Assembly: GCA_041393415.1 (NCBI GenBank)
Contig: JAWKKE010000009.1
Coordinates: 2,571-66,570 of the forward strand
DNA length: 64,000 bases
From: Thermoleophilia bacterium
GTDB taxonomy: Bacteria > Actinomycetota > Thermoleophilia > UBA2241
Reading direction: 5' to 3'
The translations under genes were made by a program, and so were the position numbers. Below the pieces are notes generated by a model. It did no database searches. It saw only the letters and a list, made by a program, of their open reading frames with translations, and was not told the origin of the DNA. Of the stretch, positions 9,083 to 18,998 are shown piece by piece; positions within the stretch are counted from its first letter, which is position 1, and every line of letters begins with the position of its first letter.

Positions 9083-10409
9083 TGATCGGCCGCTCCTCGG
9101 GCAGACGGTAGGCGCGGTGCCGCTGTCGCAGGGCGAGCGCAGAGGCCACCGTGACCGTACCGACGCGGCCGACGAACATCAACCCGATGATGACCACTTG
9201 TGCGCTCGGTGGGAGCAGGTGCGTGATGCCCGGACTGAGGCCCGTGGTGCTGAACGCCGACAGGACTTGGAAGAGTACGAGGTCGAGGGAGTAGTCGGTC
9301 ACGATCATCAGTACCATGGAGCCGGCGGCGACGAAGCCCACGGCGAGAAGGGCCACGGTAATCGCCTGACGCATCGTGTCGGTGGGCAACGAACGCCGGC
9401 CGATGACCACGTCGTGCTCACCGCGTATCTCGGACCAGAGCACGTAAGCGAGGACGACGAACGTACCCACCTTGAGACCGCCCGAGGTGCCGGCGCTTCC
9501 ACCGCCGATGAACATCAGCACGTCGTACATCGCCCATGTCTCGTGTGTCGCAAGGGCGTAGTCGAACGTGTTGAAGCCCGCGGTACGCACGGTAATGCCG
9601 CCGAAGAACGAGTTGAGCACCTTGTCGCCCAGTGACATGGGGCCCAGCGTGCCGGGGTTGCCCCACTCGAACAGGGCCACCCCGAAGACCCCGAGGACGA
9701 GTAGCCCCATGTAGCCGATCATCGTCACTCGCGTATGCATCGACCAGTCGCGAGGGCGGCGCCAGTGCGTGCTGACTTCATGGAAGACGGGAAAGCCCAC
9801 ACCCCCGGCGACGATGAGGAACATCATCGCCGCGAGAATCGTCACATCGCCGGAGAAGCCCACGAGGCTGTCGCTGTACAGGGTGAAGCCGGAATTGTTG
9901 AACCCCGAGACGGCATGGAAGACGCCGTGCCAGATGGCCGTGCCGAGTGTGTGGTCGTAGGCCGAGCGCAGCCTGGCCGAGATGACCACCGCCATCAGCG
10001 CTTCGAGCGACATCATCATGATGACGACCGTGGCGATGACGCCGCGGAGCTCGCCGAGATTAAGCGTGTGGGACTCCGTCTGAACGGTCAGCGACGAGCG
10101 CAAACCCATGCGGCCGGTGACCAGCACAGCGGCGAGCGTCGCCAGCGTCATGATGCCGAAACCGCCGATCTGCACGAGTACGAGGATCACCACCTGACCG
10201 AAGACGGTCCAGTAGGTGGCGGTATCGACGACCGTCAGACCGGTGATACAAGTCGCCGACACCGACGTGAAGAGCGCCGTGAGCAGAGGCGCGGGCTGTC
10301 CGGAGTCGGCCCGCGCCCATGGGGTCGAGAGCAACGCCGTGCCCACCAGCGCGGCGACGAGAAAGGCAAGAGGGATGAGCCGCGCAGGATGATTGAACAC
10401 TTTCGACAA
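9075..10409 (-). CDS. trkH: TrkH/KtrB-family potassium transporter membrane subunit
   Basis: 444-aa polytopic protein with the repeated pore-loop motifs of the TrkH family (TGLTVVDT, SGFNNSGF, RTAGFNT, STTGLSPG). TTG start at 10409 is preceded by GGAGG. It overlaps trkA by 8 nt. Confidence 0.85.
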   Translation of the reverse strand: MSKVFNHPARLIPLAFLVAALVGTALLSTPWARADSGQPAPLLTALFTSVSATCITGLTVVDTATYWTVFGQVVILVLVQIGGFGIMTLATLAAVLVTGRMGLRSSLTVQTESHTLNLGELRGVIATVVIMMMSLEALMAVVISARLRSAYDHTLGTAIWHGVFHAVSGFNNSGFTLYSDSLVGFSGDVTILAAMMFLIVAGGVGFPVFHEVSTHWRRPRDWSMHTRVTMIGYMGLLVLGVFGVALFEWGNPGTLGPMSLGDKVLNSFFGGITVRTAGFNTFDYALATHETWAMYDVLMFIGGGSAGTSGGLKVGTFVVLAYVLWSEIRGEHDVVIGRRSLPTDTMRQAITVALLAVGFVAAGSMVLMIVTDYSLDLVLFQVLSAFSTTGLSPGITHLLPPSAQVVIIGLMFVGRVGTVTVASALALRQRHRAYRLPEERPIIG

Positions 10410-10542
10410 CGGCGCCTCCGTTAGAGCCGCGTCGCACCTCGACGGCGCGGCCGTGACGGCCCGAGATCACAACCAGCAGAACGCTGAGTATCTCATCGGC
10501 GTCCGCCATCACGATAGCGCACGATGGCGCCCGGCGTCTGTA

Positions 10543-12972
10543 TCAACGAAGAGCGCCCAAGCGCGCCGCGACCAGATCCTCGGGCGCCTCCCCGGCCGGC
10601 GCCCGCACGCCACGGCCGGCCAGCCACAGAACCGCCTTGTCGGCGAGGAGCCGCCACTCGGCCTCACGGGCGGCGAAGTCGCGCCGCAGAAGTCCGAGCA
10701 CGAGCAGCGTCGGTGCGACCTCATCGAGCATGGCCGGCACATCTGCGTCGGCCGGCCCGAGTACATGCACAAGGTCGCTCATCAGCGCCATGGCAGCGGC
10801 GCGTTCGCCGCCGAACTCCCTCAGAATCTCGTCCGTCCAGGACCAGCGGCCGTCGGCGCGTTGACCACGAACGAGCGCCACCAGTGCGTCCGCGCCTTCG
10901 TCAACGGAGGAATCGGGCGCGGTGACGGCGTCGAAGCCGGGCGCGCCGGCCGTGGGCAAGCCCTGAACCGGCGCGCTACGAGCGCCCCTTCGCGCCCGCT
11001 TTGCGACCGCGGGAATGCCGGCCGCCAGCGGCGCCATCATCTTCCCCACGGTGAACGGCGCCGCCAGGCCGGTCGTTCCCGGCGCCGACTGCACGGTGAG
11101 AGCCGCCATCGGCCTGGCGCCCCAGGCGCCGCTGCCATGCCAATCTTTGAGCAGCGCGACGGGGATGCGGCGGAGCTCGGCCGCAGGCACGTCCGCCGCC
11201 GCGTCGCGTTCCTCGACGGCCACAAAGCTCGTGAGCGACGACATCAGCGTGTAGCGCGTCGCCAGCTCGCGGATCGCCGCATCGACGTGCTCGCGCGTGC
11301 GGGCGCGCTGCCGTGAACCCCGCTCGGCGCCACCGCGCCCTTCCTCCAGCTCACGCAGCGCCTCGCGCGCGAAAAGGCGCGGCAGCGCTTCGTCCACGAC
11401 CGCCGACGCCAGATCTGCTCGAGCGGCGAAGCGCACGGGGCCGTCGGCAGCGTCGGCAACGACGGCCACCTCCACCGACCCGCCGCTCGCATCCGCCACA
11501 TCCGCACGTGGCACCCGTCCGTACACCGTCAGCGACGTACCCGGATACAGCGCCGACGGCACCGCCGGCGCCACGAGATCGACCGGCAGTCCGCCCCAAT
11601 CCACGCGCACGTCCCCGAGTCGCGTCGCCCCCAGTCGGGTCATCTGTCGCATCACCACCGGCTCGATGCGCTCGTTCGGATGCACCGTCTCGGCGTAGCC
11701 GGCGGAGGCGCGTGCCAGAGCGCGCACCAGGTAGTCGCTGGCTCCGTAGCCGATGCCGATCGTGAACACATTCGTCGTGGCGGCGTGCTTGGCGACCAGC
11801 GCCGCGCACTCCTCCTCGTTGGCAACCTCGCCGTCGGTGAGCAGGAGGACGCGCCGTGGGAGTTCCATGCGCGGTGCCCGCAGAATGGTCTGCAACGGCG
11901 GCAGGAGCTCGGTGCCGCCCAGATCCGCGTCCCAGCCCTCTACTGCCCGACGCGCTTTCTCGAGGTGAGCGTCGTCGTAGGGCACGGCAGAAGGAAACAC
12001 GCTCTCGACCTGACTGCCGAAGCCCCAGACGTTGAACGTGTCGCCCTCGGCCAGCGAGGCGAGCGCGAGCAGCAGCGCGTTGCGCGCCTGCGCAATGCTC
12101 GAACCCATCATCGACCCCGAGCGATCGAGCAGGAGCACGGCCTCCACCGGGGCGCGCCGCGTCACGGCTGGCGGCCGCACGTGAAGCGCGACGATGGCGT
12201 CGCCCCGCTCGTCGCGCGCCACCTGCGCCGCCGTCGCCCCGGCAGGCGCCGACACGAAAGCGACGACCACGTCTTGGTCGAGCTGCACGTCGTCGCCCAT
12301 CAGATCAACGCGCGCCTCGCGCCCCGCCACGTGCACCTGGGCCGGGTGTGAGGCGCACTCCACCTTCGAGATCTCGCCGTCGCCCGTATACTCGATTGTC
12401 AACGCCAGACCGTACGGCACGCCGGCGAAGCTCATCGGCGGATTGAGATGATCGAACTCCGCGGGATCCATGCTGCGCAACTGCTTCTTGGGGACATAGC
12501 GCGGCGCGACCGTCGTCGGGATCCTGAGGCGTACGCGCTCGCCTTGCTCCTCAAGCGGCGCGACGTAGCGCACCGTGACCACCGCCTCCTGCCCCGGAAG
12601 GAGATTGCCCACCGACGCCGTGAAGAGATTCGGTCGGTCTTGATCGAGGAGATACGCGCCGTGACCCTCGGCGAGCGCCTGCTCGTACGCGTCGAACGCG
12701 GCCTCCGCCTCTTCGACGCGTCCGACCCACCGGCGCTCACCGATCTGCGCCGCGAAACCGTACACGGCGGCCTGCTCCTCGAGCGGGAAGCTGTACACGG
12801 CCTCCACCGGCACCTTCTCGCGATTCAGGTAACGCTGAGACACTGTGACCGCACTCGCCCGACCCCGTGCGCGCACCTCGATACGCACGCCCACGAGCGG
12901 CACATTCGCGGCGTTCGGCCGCTCGCCCGTGCCTGGTATGGCCGCTACGAGACCATAGGCTTGCTCGGTCAT
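10543..12972 (-). CDS. VIT domain plus von Willebrand factor A domain protein
   Basis: The N-terminal region resembles a VIT domain (VTVSQRYLNREKVPVEAVYSFPLEEQAAVYGF). A VWA MIDAS motif is present (LLLDRSGSMMGS). A ~250-aa C-terminal tail follows. Confidence 0.75.
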   Translation of the reverse strand: MTEQAYGLVAAIPGTGERPNAANVPLVGVRIEVRARGRASAVTVSQRYLNREKVPVEAVYSFPLEEQAAVYGFAAQIGERRWVGRVEEAEAAFDAYEQALAEGHGAYLLDQDRPNLFTASVGNLLPGQEAVVTVRYVAPLEEQGERVRLRIPTTVAPRYVPKKQLRSMDPAEFDHLNPPMSFAGVPYGLALTIEYTGDGEISKVECASHPAQVHVAGREARVDLMGDDVQLDQDVVVAFVSAPAGATAAQVARDERGDAIVALHVRPPAVTRRAPVEAVLLLDRSGSMMGSSIAQARNALLLALASLAEGDTFNVWGFGSQVESVFPSAVPYDDAHLEKARRAVEGWDADLGGTELLPPLQTILRAPRMELPRRVLLLTDGEVANEEECAALVAKHAATTNVFTIGIGYGASDYLVRALARASAGYAETVHPNERIEPVVMRQMTRLGATRLGDVRVDWGGLPVDLVAPAVPSALYPGTSLTVYGRVPRADVADASGGSVEVAVVADAADGPVRFAARADLASAVVDEALPRLFAREALRELEEGRGGAERGSRQRARTREHVDAAIRELATRYTLMSSLTSFVAVEERDAAADVPAAELRRIPVALLKDWHGSGAWGARPMAALTVQSAPGTTGLAAPFTVGKMMAPLAAGIPAVAKRARRGARSAPVQGLPTAGAPGFDAVTAPDSSVDEGADALVALVRGQRADGRWSWTDEILREFGGERAAAMALMSDLVHVLGPADADVPAMLDEVAPTLLVLGLLRRDFAAREAEWRLLADKAVLWLAGRGVRAPAGEAPEDLVAARLGALR

Positions 12973-13406
12973 GGTTCCTCCTCAACGTGCTGCGCCTGCC
13001 GGCGCATGACTCTCGCAACCGCGGCCGCCAAGTCCGCAGCCAGCGCCGGCGTCGGCGGCCCGAGATCGGCGGCGATCTCCAACGTCACACCTCGAGCGAC
13101 CTCAAGACGAACGACGGGACGCAGCCGCGGCGGTGAGACGCCGTCAACACGCGCGCTCCCCGCGTTCTCGCCGGGCAGCATCCCCTCCTCGGTAGCCGGG
13201 GACCCGATGTCGGCGAGCGACACGCCCTCGCTCTGGAGAGCACGCACGCGACGGATCTGCCGCAGGTGTCGCTCGTCGTAGTGGCGGCCGCGGCCGCGGC
13301 CAAGCGGCGGATCGATGAGCCGGCGCTGCACGTAGAAGTGCACCGTGCGCCGGCTCACCCCTGCCGCCTCGGCCAGATCGCCAATCGAGTAGCGCCGTCC
13401 GTTCAT
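12969..13406 (-). CDS. MerR-family transcriptional regulator
   Basis: Real start is ATG 13406-13404 inside ORF 12969..13640. The sequence MNGRRYSIGDLAEAAGVSRRTVHFYVQRRLI is a MerR HTH. Its stop overlaps the VIT-VWA start (ATGA at 12969-12972). Confidence 0.8.
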   Translation of the reverse strand: MNGRRYSIGDLAEAAGVSRRTVHFYVQRRLIDPPLGRGRGRHYDERHLRQIRRVRALQSEGVSLADIGSPATEEGMLPGENAGSARVDGVSPPRLRPVVRLEVARGVTLEIAADLGPPTPALAADLAAAVARVMRRQAQHVEEEP

Positions 13407-13425
13407 GTCCCAGTCATTCCCAATG

Positions 13426-13452
13426 TGACAGTCAATATAACAGTATGTGTCA
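13426..13452. promoter_or_regulatory. Candidate operator: inverted repeat TGACA-N17-TGTCA in an AT-rich divergent promoter region
   Basis: Sequence is tgtgacagtcaatataacagtatgtgtca, with three GTCATT copies nearby. It lies between the divergent merR-like gene and the M6 peptidase gene. This is the only AT-rich patch in that gap. Confidence 0.3.
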
Positions 13453-13594
13453 TTAGTGTCATTGCGCCGGCTCCCCACCACACGCACAGCGCCGACACGA
13501 CAGACACTCGCGCGGCCACCGCGTCCCTTGCGTAACACTCGCTCGGTCACCTCGTCCCTTGTATGCTCATTCCAGGCAACCCGAGGAGGTAACG

Positions 13595-15913
13595 GTGCGC
13601 AAAGTAGTACTGGGGGTCGCACTTGCGGCGCTGCTCTCATTCCTTATAGCGGCGCCGGCCGGAGCCGTCCCCGCCAACGAGGTGCTCATCGCCAAGAACC
13701 TCGAGCGCCTCGGCCTCATCCCGCCCTACGCGACCGCAGAGATGAAGAGCGCAACCGTCGGCGCCCTCGACGTCCAGGGCCCGCAGTACCCCAACAAGGC
13801 GCCCGTCGCGGGAGCAAAGAGCACGACGAGGTCGCTGGCCAAGGGCATCTCCAACCGCTCCGCTTCACTGAAGTCCGGCAGCACCTACGTCGCCAAGACG
13901 CTGGTGCTCCTCGTCGAGTTCGGCGACGACCCGTGGCCGGCCGGCTCATCGGCGCCCACGGGACCCAACCTCACCGGACCGCTGCACGGCAACATCCCGG
14001 CCCCGGAGGCCGGCGACAACGCCACCTTCTGGCTGGGCGACTTCTCCGCCGGCCAGTTCGACCAGATGCTCTTCGGCAACTCCTACACGATCTACGGCGA
14101 AGGAGCGAGCGGTGGACTCGTCGCCCGCGGCACCAGCACAGACACGATGCGCAACTACTACCTCGAGCAGTCGCACGGCACCTACACCGTAGACGGCGAC
14201 ATCGCCCAGTGGGTCCAGCTCGACATGCCCGAGTCGTGGTACGGCGCCGACAGCGTGCCCTGGGCCTCCACTGACGACCTCAACGGCCCCGTGTGGCGCG
14301 TGGCCCGCGACGCGCTCGTCAAGTTCGCCGAGCAGAACCCGGGGTTCGACTTCTCGCAGTACGACAAGGAGAACCCGTGGGGCCTCACCGGCGACAACTA
14401 CTTCCAGCCCGACGGCTACATCGACCACCTGATTCTCATCCACGCCGGCGCCGATGAGTCGGCCGGCGGCGGCAGCGAAGGGCCAGACGCCATTTGGGCC
14501 CACTCCTGGGACATCTACGAGAACCTCAGCGGTGGCCCCGGCAACGGCGCCGGCATGCTGATCCCCGGCACCGAGGGTCAAGGTCCGCAGGGCCTCGGCA
14601 TCTGGGCCTTCAACTACACCATCAACCCCGAAGACGGCGCGATCGGCGTGTTTTCGCACGAGTTCGGTCACGACCTCGGCCTCGACGATCAATACGACTA
14701 CGCAAGCGAGACCACCGGCGACGCCACCAGCGGCTTCTGGACCATCATGGCGAGCGGCTCGTGGCTGGGCAGCACTTGGGGTCTGGGCACCAAGCCGGCG
14801 CCTTTCAATGCCGACGACAAGGTGAATCTCGGCTTCATCAAGCCGAAGACGGTCAAGCGCAACAAGACCGCGACGGTCACCTTGCAGGCAGCGGCCACCG
14901 GTAACAGCAACCAGACCAGCGTCAAGATCGCCCTTCCCGACGCCTCGCACCCCGTTCCGCTGAGCGGCAAGGACGGGAGCAAGGAGTGGTACTCGACGCT
15001 CGGCAACAACCTCGACGTGACGCTCGCCACCACCAGCCCGATCCGCATCGCCGCGGGCGCCGACCTGACCTTCCGCACCTGGTACGAGATCGAGCCCGGC
15101 TACGACTTCGGCTACGTCGACATCTCAGACGACGGCGGCGCCACGTGGACCACGCTTGAGGTCTTCTCCGACATCGACACTTACAACTGGGCCAGCACTG
15201 TACGCGTCGACCTCGCCGAGTACGAGGGCAGCAACGCGCTCTTCCGCTTCCGCTACACGACCGACTACTCGGTCGTGGGCCGCGGCTGGGAGGTCACCGA
15301 CATCGCCGTCGGCGGGAGCGTCATCCCCGAGGGCAGCTTTACCTCGCACGGATGGGTGCGCACCGACGGTTCCTACACCATCAAGAGCACGCGCTACTAC
15401 ATCGCCGAGTACCGCACTCACCACGGCTTCGACGCCGCGCTCACCAAGTGCTACGAGTGGAACCGCGACGGCGTCAACCTGGTCGATTTCTACACCTACA
15501 ACACCGGCCTGCACCTCATCTACCGCGACACGTTCTACGACGACAACGACGTCGCCTCACACATCGGCTACGGGGCCCGCATGGTCGTCGACGCGCATCC
15601 GAAGCCGGACAAAGTCAGCTACGACGGCACAAACGGCTACTGGCGGCCGCGTATCCAGGTTCGCGACGCGGCCTTCAGCCTCAAGAAGACGGCCAGTCAG
15701 CGTATCTACTTCACCGACTACGACGCCGGTGAGCAAGTGGGCACGAAGACGGCTCCCGGCGAGACGGCGCAGCCGTGGTTCAACGACGCATGGACCTACT
15801 GGTACACGGCCACGCCCGAGGCTGGGGTCAAGATCCCGAAGCTCGGCGTGCGTATCAAGGTCGTGTCGCAGAAGTCGACCACGATGAAGATCTGGATCGA
15901 CAACAAGAAGTAA
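13595..15913 (+). CDS. Secreted M6-family (immune inhibitor A-like) metallopeptidase
   Basis: ORF 13559..15913. Preferred start is GTG 13595, after GAGGAGG. Signal peptide VRKVVLGVALAALLSFLIAAPAGA. The zinc motif HEFGHDLGLDDQYD matches the M6 HEFGHxLGLxDxY signature. Confidence 0.8.
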   Translation: MRKVVLGVALAALLSFLIAAPAGAVPANEVLIAKNLERLGLIPPYATAEMKSATVGALDVQGPQYPNKAPVAGAKSTTRSLAKGISNRSASLKSGSTYVAKTLVLLVEFGDDPWPAGSSAPTGPNLTGPLHGNIPAPEAGDNATFWLGDFSAGQFDQMLFGNSYTIYGEGASGGLVARGTSTDTMRNYYLEQSHGTYTVDGDIAQWVQLDMPESWYGADSVPWASTDDLNGPVWRVARDALVKFAEQNPGFDFSQYDKENPWGLTGDNYFQPDGYIDHLILIHAGADESAGGGSEGPDAIWAHSWDIYENLSGGPGNGAGMLIPGTEGQGPQGLGIWAFNYTINPEDGAIGVFSHEFGHDLGLDDQYDYASETTGDATSGFWTIMASGSWLGSTWGLGTKPAPFNADDKVNLGFIKPKTVKRNKTATVTLQAAATGNSNQTSVKIALPDASHPVPLSGKDGSKEWYSTLGNNLDVTLATTSPIRIAAGADLTFRTWYEIEPGYDFGYVDISDDGGATWTTLEVFSDIDTYNWASTVRVDLAEYEGSNALFRFRYTTDYSVVGRGWEVTDIAVGGSVIPEGSFTSHGWVRTDGSYTIKSTRYYIAEYRTHHGFDAALTKCYEWNRDGVNLVDFYTYNTGLHLIYRDTFYDDNDVASHIGYGARMVVDAHPKPDKVSYDGTNGYWRPRIQVRDAAFSLKKTASQRIYFTDYDAGEQVGTKTAPGETAQPWFNDAWTYWYTATPEAGVKIPKLGVRIKVVSQKSTTMKIWIDNKK

Positions 15914-15921
15914 CGAACGTC

Positions 15922-15968
15922 GGCACAGCCGCCGCGCCGACGACGAACCGGCGGCCGGCGGCTGTGCC
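15922..15968. terminator. Bidirectional hairpin between convergent genes
   Basis: GGCACAGCCGCCG (15922-15934) pairs perfectly with CGGCGGCTGTGCC (15956-15968). This gives a 13-bp stem. There is no clear T-tract. Confidence 0.5.
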
Positions 15969-15974
15969 ACGAAC

Positions 15975-18869
15975 TTACGGCTGGAGCTGATCGATGGTCT
16001 CGCCGAGCGCCTCGATCTGACGGGCAAATTCCTCGAGGTCGCCGGCGCGAAGCGCCGTTTGCGCCGCCTCGTACTGCTGGCTGGCCAGACGCGCCAGGCG
16101 GTCGAAATCGGCGCTGGTCGAGGCGCCGTTGCCCGAGGCCGGCTGCTCCAGATCCTGCGGCGCCCCGCCGAAGATCTCGGCCAGCGCCTCCTGGAGGGTC
16201 GGCGCCATGACGACGTTCTGTTGCTGGCCGGACGGCAGGTTCGGCTGCGCCGACGGCGATCGGTAGAACACGATCACGCGTTGCACCTGCGGCAGTTGCG
16301 TCTTCTCCGACTCCAGATACAGCGGCTGCACGTAAAGCAGCGAGTTCTCAATCGGCACCACAATGAGATTGCCGAAGATCACCCGCGAGCCGCGCTGCCC
16401 CCACAATGTGCGCTGCGACGAGATCACCGGATCCTGGTTGACGGCCGCCTCGACCTGAGCGGGTCCGTAGACGTTGAGATTGGCGGGGAACTCGAAGCTC
16501 ACCGCCTTGCCGTAGTTGGGCGCGTCCGACTGCGCCCCCAACCAGCCGATCATGTTGCTGCGCAGGTTGGGCGTAAACGGCAAGATGAGCACGAACTCCT
16601 CGGTCTTGCGCTCCGGCAGACGCATGATCATGTAGTACGGGCTCATCTGGCCAGACCCGGAGATGGAGACGTTGACCGGGATCTGCCACTGGTCGCCCTT
16701 GTTGTAGAGCACGCCCGGATCGGTGACGTGGTAGGTGGCGAACATCTCGGCTTGCACGGCGAAGAGGTCCTGCGGATAGCGGATGTGCTCTTGCAGCGTC
16801 GGATCCATGGCATCCGCCGACTGGAACATCTCCGGGAACATCTCCATGTACGCGCGGATGATGGGATCGTCCGTGTCGTAGACGTAGAACGAGAGCGAGC
16901 CGTCGTAGGCGTCGACGACCACTTTGACCGAGTTGCGGATGTAGTTGAGGTCGCCGAGCGACGCCGAGTAAGGCACCGAGCTGCTGGTCGTGTAGGCGTC
17001 CGCGATCCAGTACAGGCGCCCGTGCGCGATCACCATGTAGGGGGTGCGATCGAAGGCCAGGAATGGAGCAGCCTCGGCCAGGCGGTCCTTGATGTTGTTG
17101 TAGACGATCACGCGACTACCACTCTGAATCACCGAGGTGGTCAGGAACTTGATCGTGCGGTAGCGCACCGCGAAGGCAAGCCGGTTGAACGCCGAGTCGA
17201 TGGGGATGCCCCCATCGCCGCCGTAGCTGCGATACACGTCGCCGCTGGCGCCGGGGTGGTCGAACTCGGGGTTGGTCGTGTTGACGAGCACGTATTCGTT
17301 GCCGGCGAAGCCGTAGTAGATGCGCGGCTGCTTGACCTTGAGCTCCGCCGCGCTCGACGTCATGGGCACATCCTTGACGAGGAACTCGGGCGAGCCGTCG
17401 TCGGCGACCTGGTTGACCGCCGAGACGGCGACGCCGTAGCCGTGCGTGTAGGTGATGTGCTCGTTGACCCACGTGCGCGCCTCAGTCGGCAGGCCGTAGA
17501 CATTGAGTTCGCGCGGTGCCAGCATCGTCTGCCGCGACACGCCGTCGATCGTGTAGCGGTCGACACTCACCGTTGTGAACCCGTAGTACGGCCGCAACTG
17601 CTGGAGCTGCGTGTAGCTACGCAGCAACGTCTCCGGATCCCACATGCGTATGTTGTCGATCGTGCCGCTATTCGCCGCCAGGGACTCGCTCGAGAGGTCG
17701 CCGGTGAGGGCGTACGGCTCCTCGCTGATCGCGGTGAGATCGTAGGCGGAGCGCGTCGCCTTGAGCTGGTACCCGAGGTACTGCAGCTCCTTGTCGAGCT
17801 GGTTCGGATTGACGAAGACGGCTTGCCACGCGGTGGGGATGATTCCCATCAGCACGATCACCGCCGCGATCCAGCCACCCACCGCGAAACCCAGCCACCG
17901 GGGTCGCCGCTTGCGCGCGCAGTTGTAGACCATCCAGGCGGCGAGCGCCATGGCGACCACCATGAGCACGCGGATGATCGGCAGCCTGAGATGGACGTCC
18001 GTGTACCCTGCCCCCTCCACCGTGCCACCGGTCGAGACGAGCAGGTTCCAGGCACGCAACAGATAGCCGAGACCCCCAACGAAGAACAGCGCTGCCAGGA
18101 TCCCGGAGAGATGCGCCACGGCGGCCGGGACCAGTTCGACGCCGGAGATGCGCCGCACGCGATGAATTACCTCGCGAGGGCCCATCCCTTCGACCGCTTC
18201 GTCGACGGTGATCTTGCGCTCCACCGTGCGGAACTTCACCTCCACCCCGCCGAGTGCAAGGTGCGCGAGGACCGATGCGATCAACGCCACGATGAGCGTG
18301 GTGAAGACGGCCGAGTAGACGTACTGCCAAGCCGGCACGGTGAAGACGTAGAAGCTGATGTCGTGGTGGAAGATGGGATCGTCTGTCCCGAACGGCACAC
18401 TGTGCAGTGCACGCGCGAAGAGCACCCAGGCGCCGGCGGCTTGGAAGCCGACGGCGAGCGCGACGAGGCCGGCGAAGACGAGCGCCACGCGCCGCACCCA
18501 GAGAGCGGCGTCTTCGCGCACGTACTCGACATCGGCGATCCCCTCGAAGACCTGGTGCCGTGGCGCGAGCCGCCGCGCAAGCTCGACATTGCCGAAGACG
18601 ATGGCGAAGAAGAGAATGCCGGCCGCCGGACCGAGGACGGCGCCGTAGGCGAAGCGCCGCCAGAAGACCGCGTGCAGGCCCACCTCGCCGAACCAGAGCC
18701 AGTCGACATACAGACGCATGAATGTCTGGACGGCGACCGCGACGACGAAGAGGATCGCAGCGGCAATTACAAGGCGGTAGATCAGGCGTCGGCGTCGACG
18801 ACGTTGCTCCAGCCACGTGGGCGTGTCGCTCTTCGTGCGCCGGCCCTTGAACGGCCAAAGCTTCGACAT
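15975..18869 (-). CDS. UPF0182-family large membrane protein
   Basis: 964 aa. The N-terminal multi-TM region carries the LYVDWLWFGEVG motif characteristic of UPF0182, followed by a large extracytoplasmic domain. The + strand ORF 16059..18878 is an antisense shadow. Confidence 0.8.
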   Translation of the reverse strand: MSKLWPFKGRRTKSDTPTWLEQRRRRRRLIYRLVIAAAILFVVAVAVQTFMRLYVDWLWFGEVGLHAVFWRRFAYGAVLGPAAGILFFAIVFGNVELARRLAPRHQVFEGIADVEYVREDAALWVRRVALVFAGLVALAVGFQAAGAWVLFARALHSVPFGTDDPIFHHDISFYVFTVPAWQYVYSAVFTTLIVALIASVLAHLALGGVEVKFRTVERKITVDEAVEGMGPREVIHRVRRISGVELVPAAVAHLSGILAALFFVGGLGYLLRAWNLLVSTGGTVEGAGYTDVHLRLPIIRVLMVVAMALAAWMVYNCARKRRPRWLGFAVGGWIAAVIVLMGIIPTAWQAVFVNPNQLDKELQYLGYQLKATRSAYDLTAISEEPYALTGDLSSESLAANSGTIDNIRMWDPETLLRSYTQLQQLRPYYGFTTVSVDRYTIDGVSRQTMLAPRELNVYGLPTEARTWVNEHITYTHGYGVAVSAVNQVADDGSPEFLVKDVPMTSSAAELKVKQPRIYYGFAGNEYVLVNTTNPEFDHPGASGDVYRSYGGDGGIPIDSAFNRLAFAVRYRTIKFLTTSVIQSGSRVIVYNNIKDRLAEAAPFLAFDRTPYMVIAHGRLYWIADAYTTSSSVPYSASLGDLNYIRNSVKVVVDAYDGSLSFYVYDTDDPIIRAYMEMFPEMFQSADAMDPTLQEHIRYPQDLFAVQAEMFATYHVTDPGVLYNKGDQWQIPVNVSISGSGQMSPYYMIMRLPERKTEEFVLILPFTPNLRSNMIGWLGAQSDAPNYGKAVSFEFPANLNVYGPAQVEAAVNQDPVISSQRTLWGQRGSRVIFGNLIVVPIENSLLYVQPLYLESEKTQLPQVQRVIVFYRSPSAQPNLPSGQQQNVVMAPTLQEALAEIFGGAPQDLEQPASGNGASTSADFDRLARLASQQYEAAQTALRAGDLEEFARQIEALGETIDQLQP

Positions 18870-18998
18870 AGTGTGTAGTATGGGCTATTGTCGCGGCGCT
18901 GTCGCCTGCCCCCCATCAGCAACGCCGCGCTCAGCCGCTTGGGCTGTGTATGCTGTTACCTTCCGCACGCGCGGGCGCGCGAAGAAGAGAGAGGGACT

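Noticed and set aside
10410-10542. c-di-AMP (ydaO-type) riboswitch in the trkH leader.
   Set aside because: I read the minus-strand leader and did not find the conserved GGGGUGAAUC / ACCCGAAUCCG / AGCUAACC blocks.
16059-18878. Very long ORFs opposite or out of frame to recognisable genes: 16059..18878 (+), 1543..3015 (-), 21593..23440 (+), 24525..27575 (+), 34383..35801 (+), 40020..41495 (+), 43208..44749 (-), 50414..52351 (-) and 62230..63414 (-).
   Set aside because: Their translations are Arg/Ala/Gly/Pro-rich with no motifs. Each lies antisense to a gene with clear family signatures. These are typical shadow ORFs of high-GC DNA.
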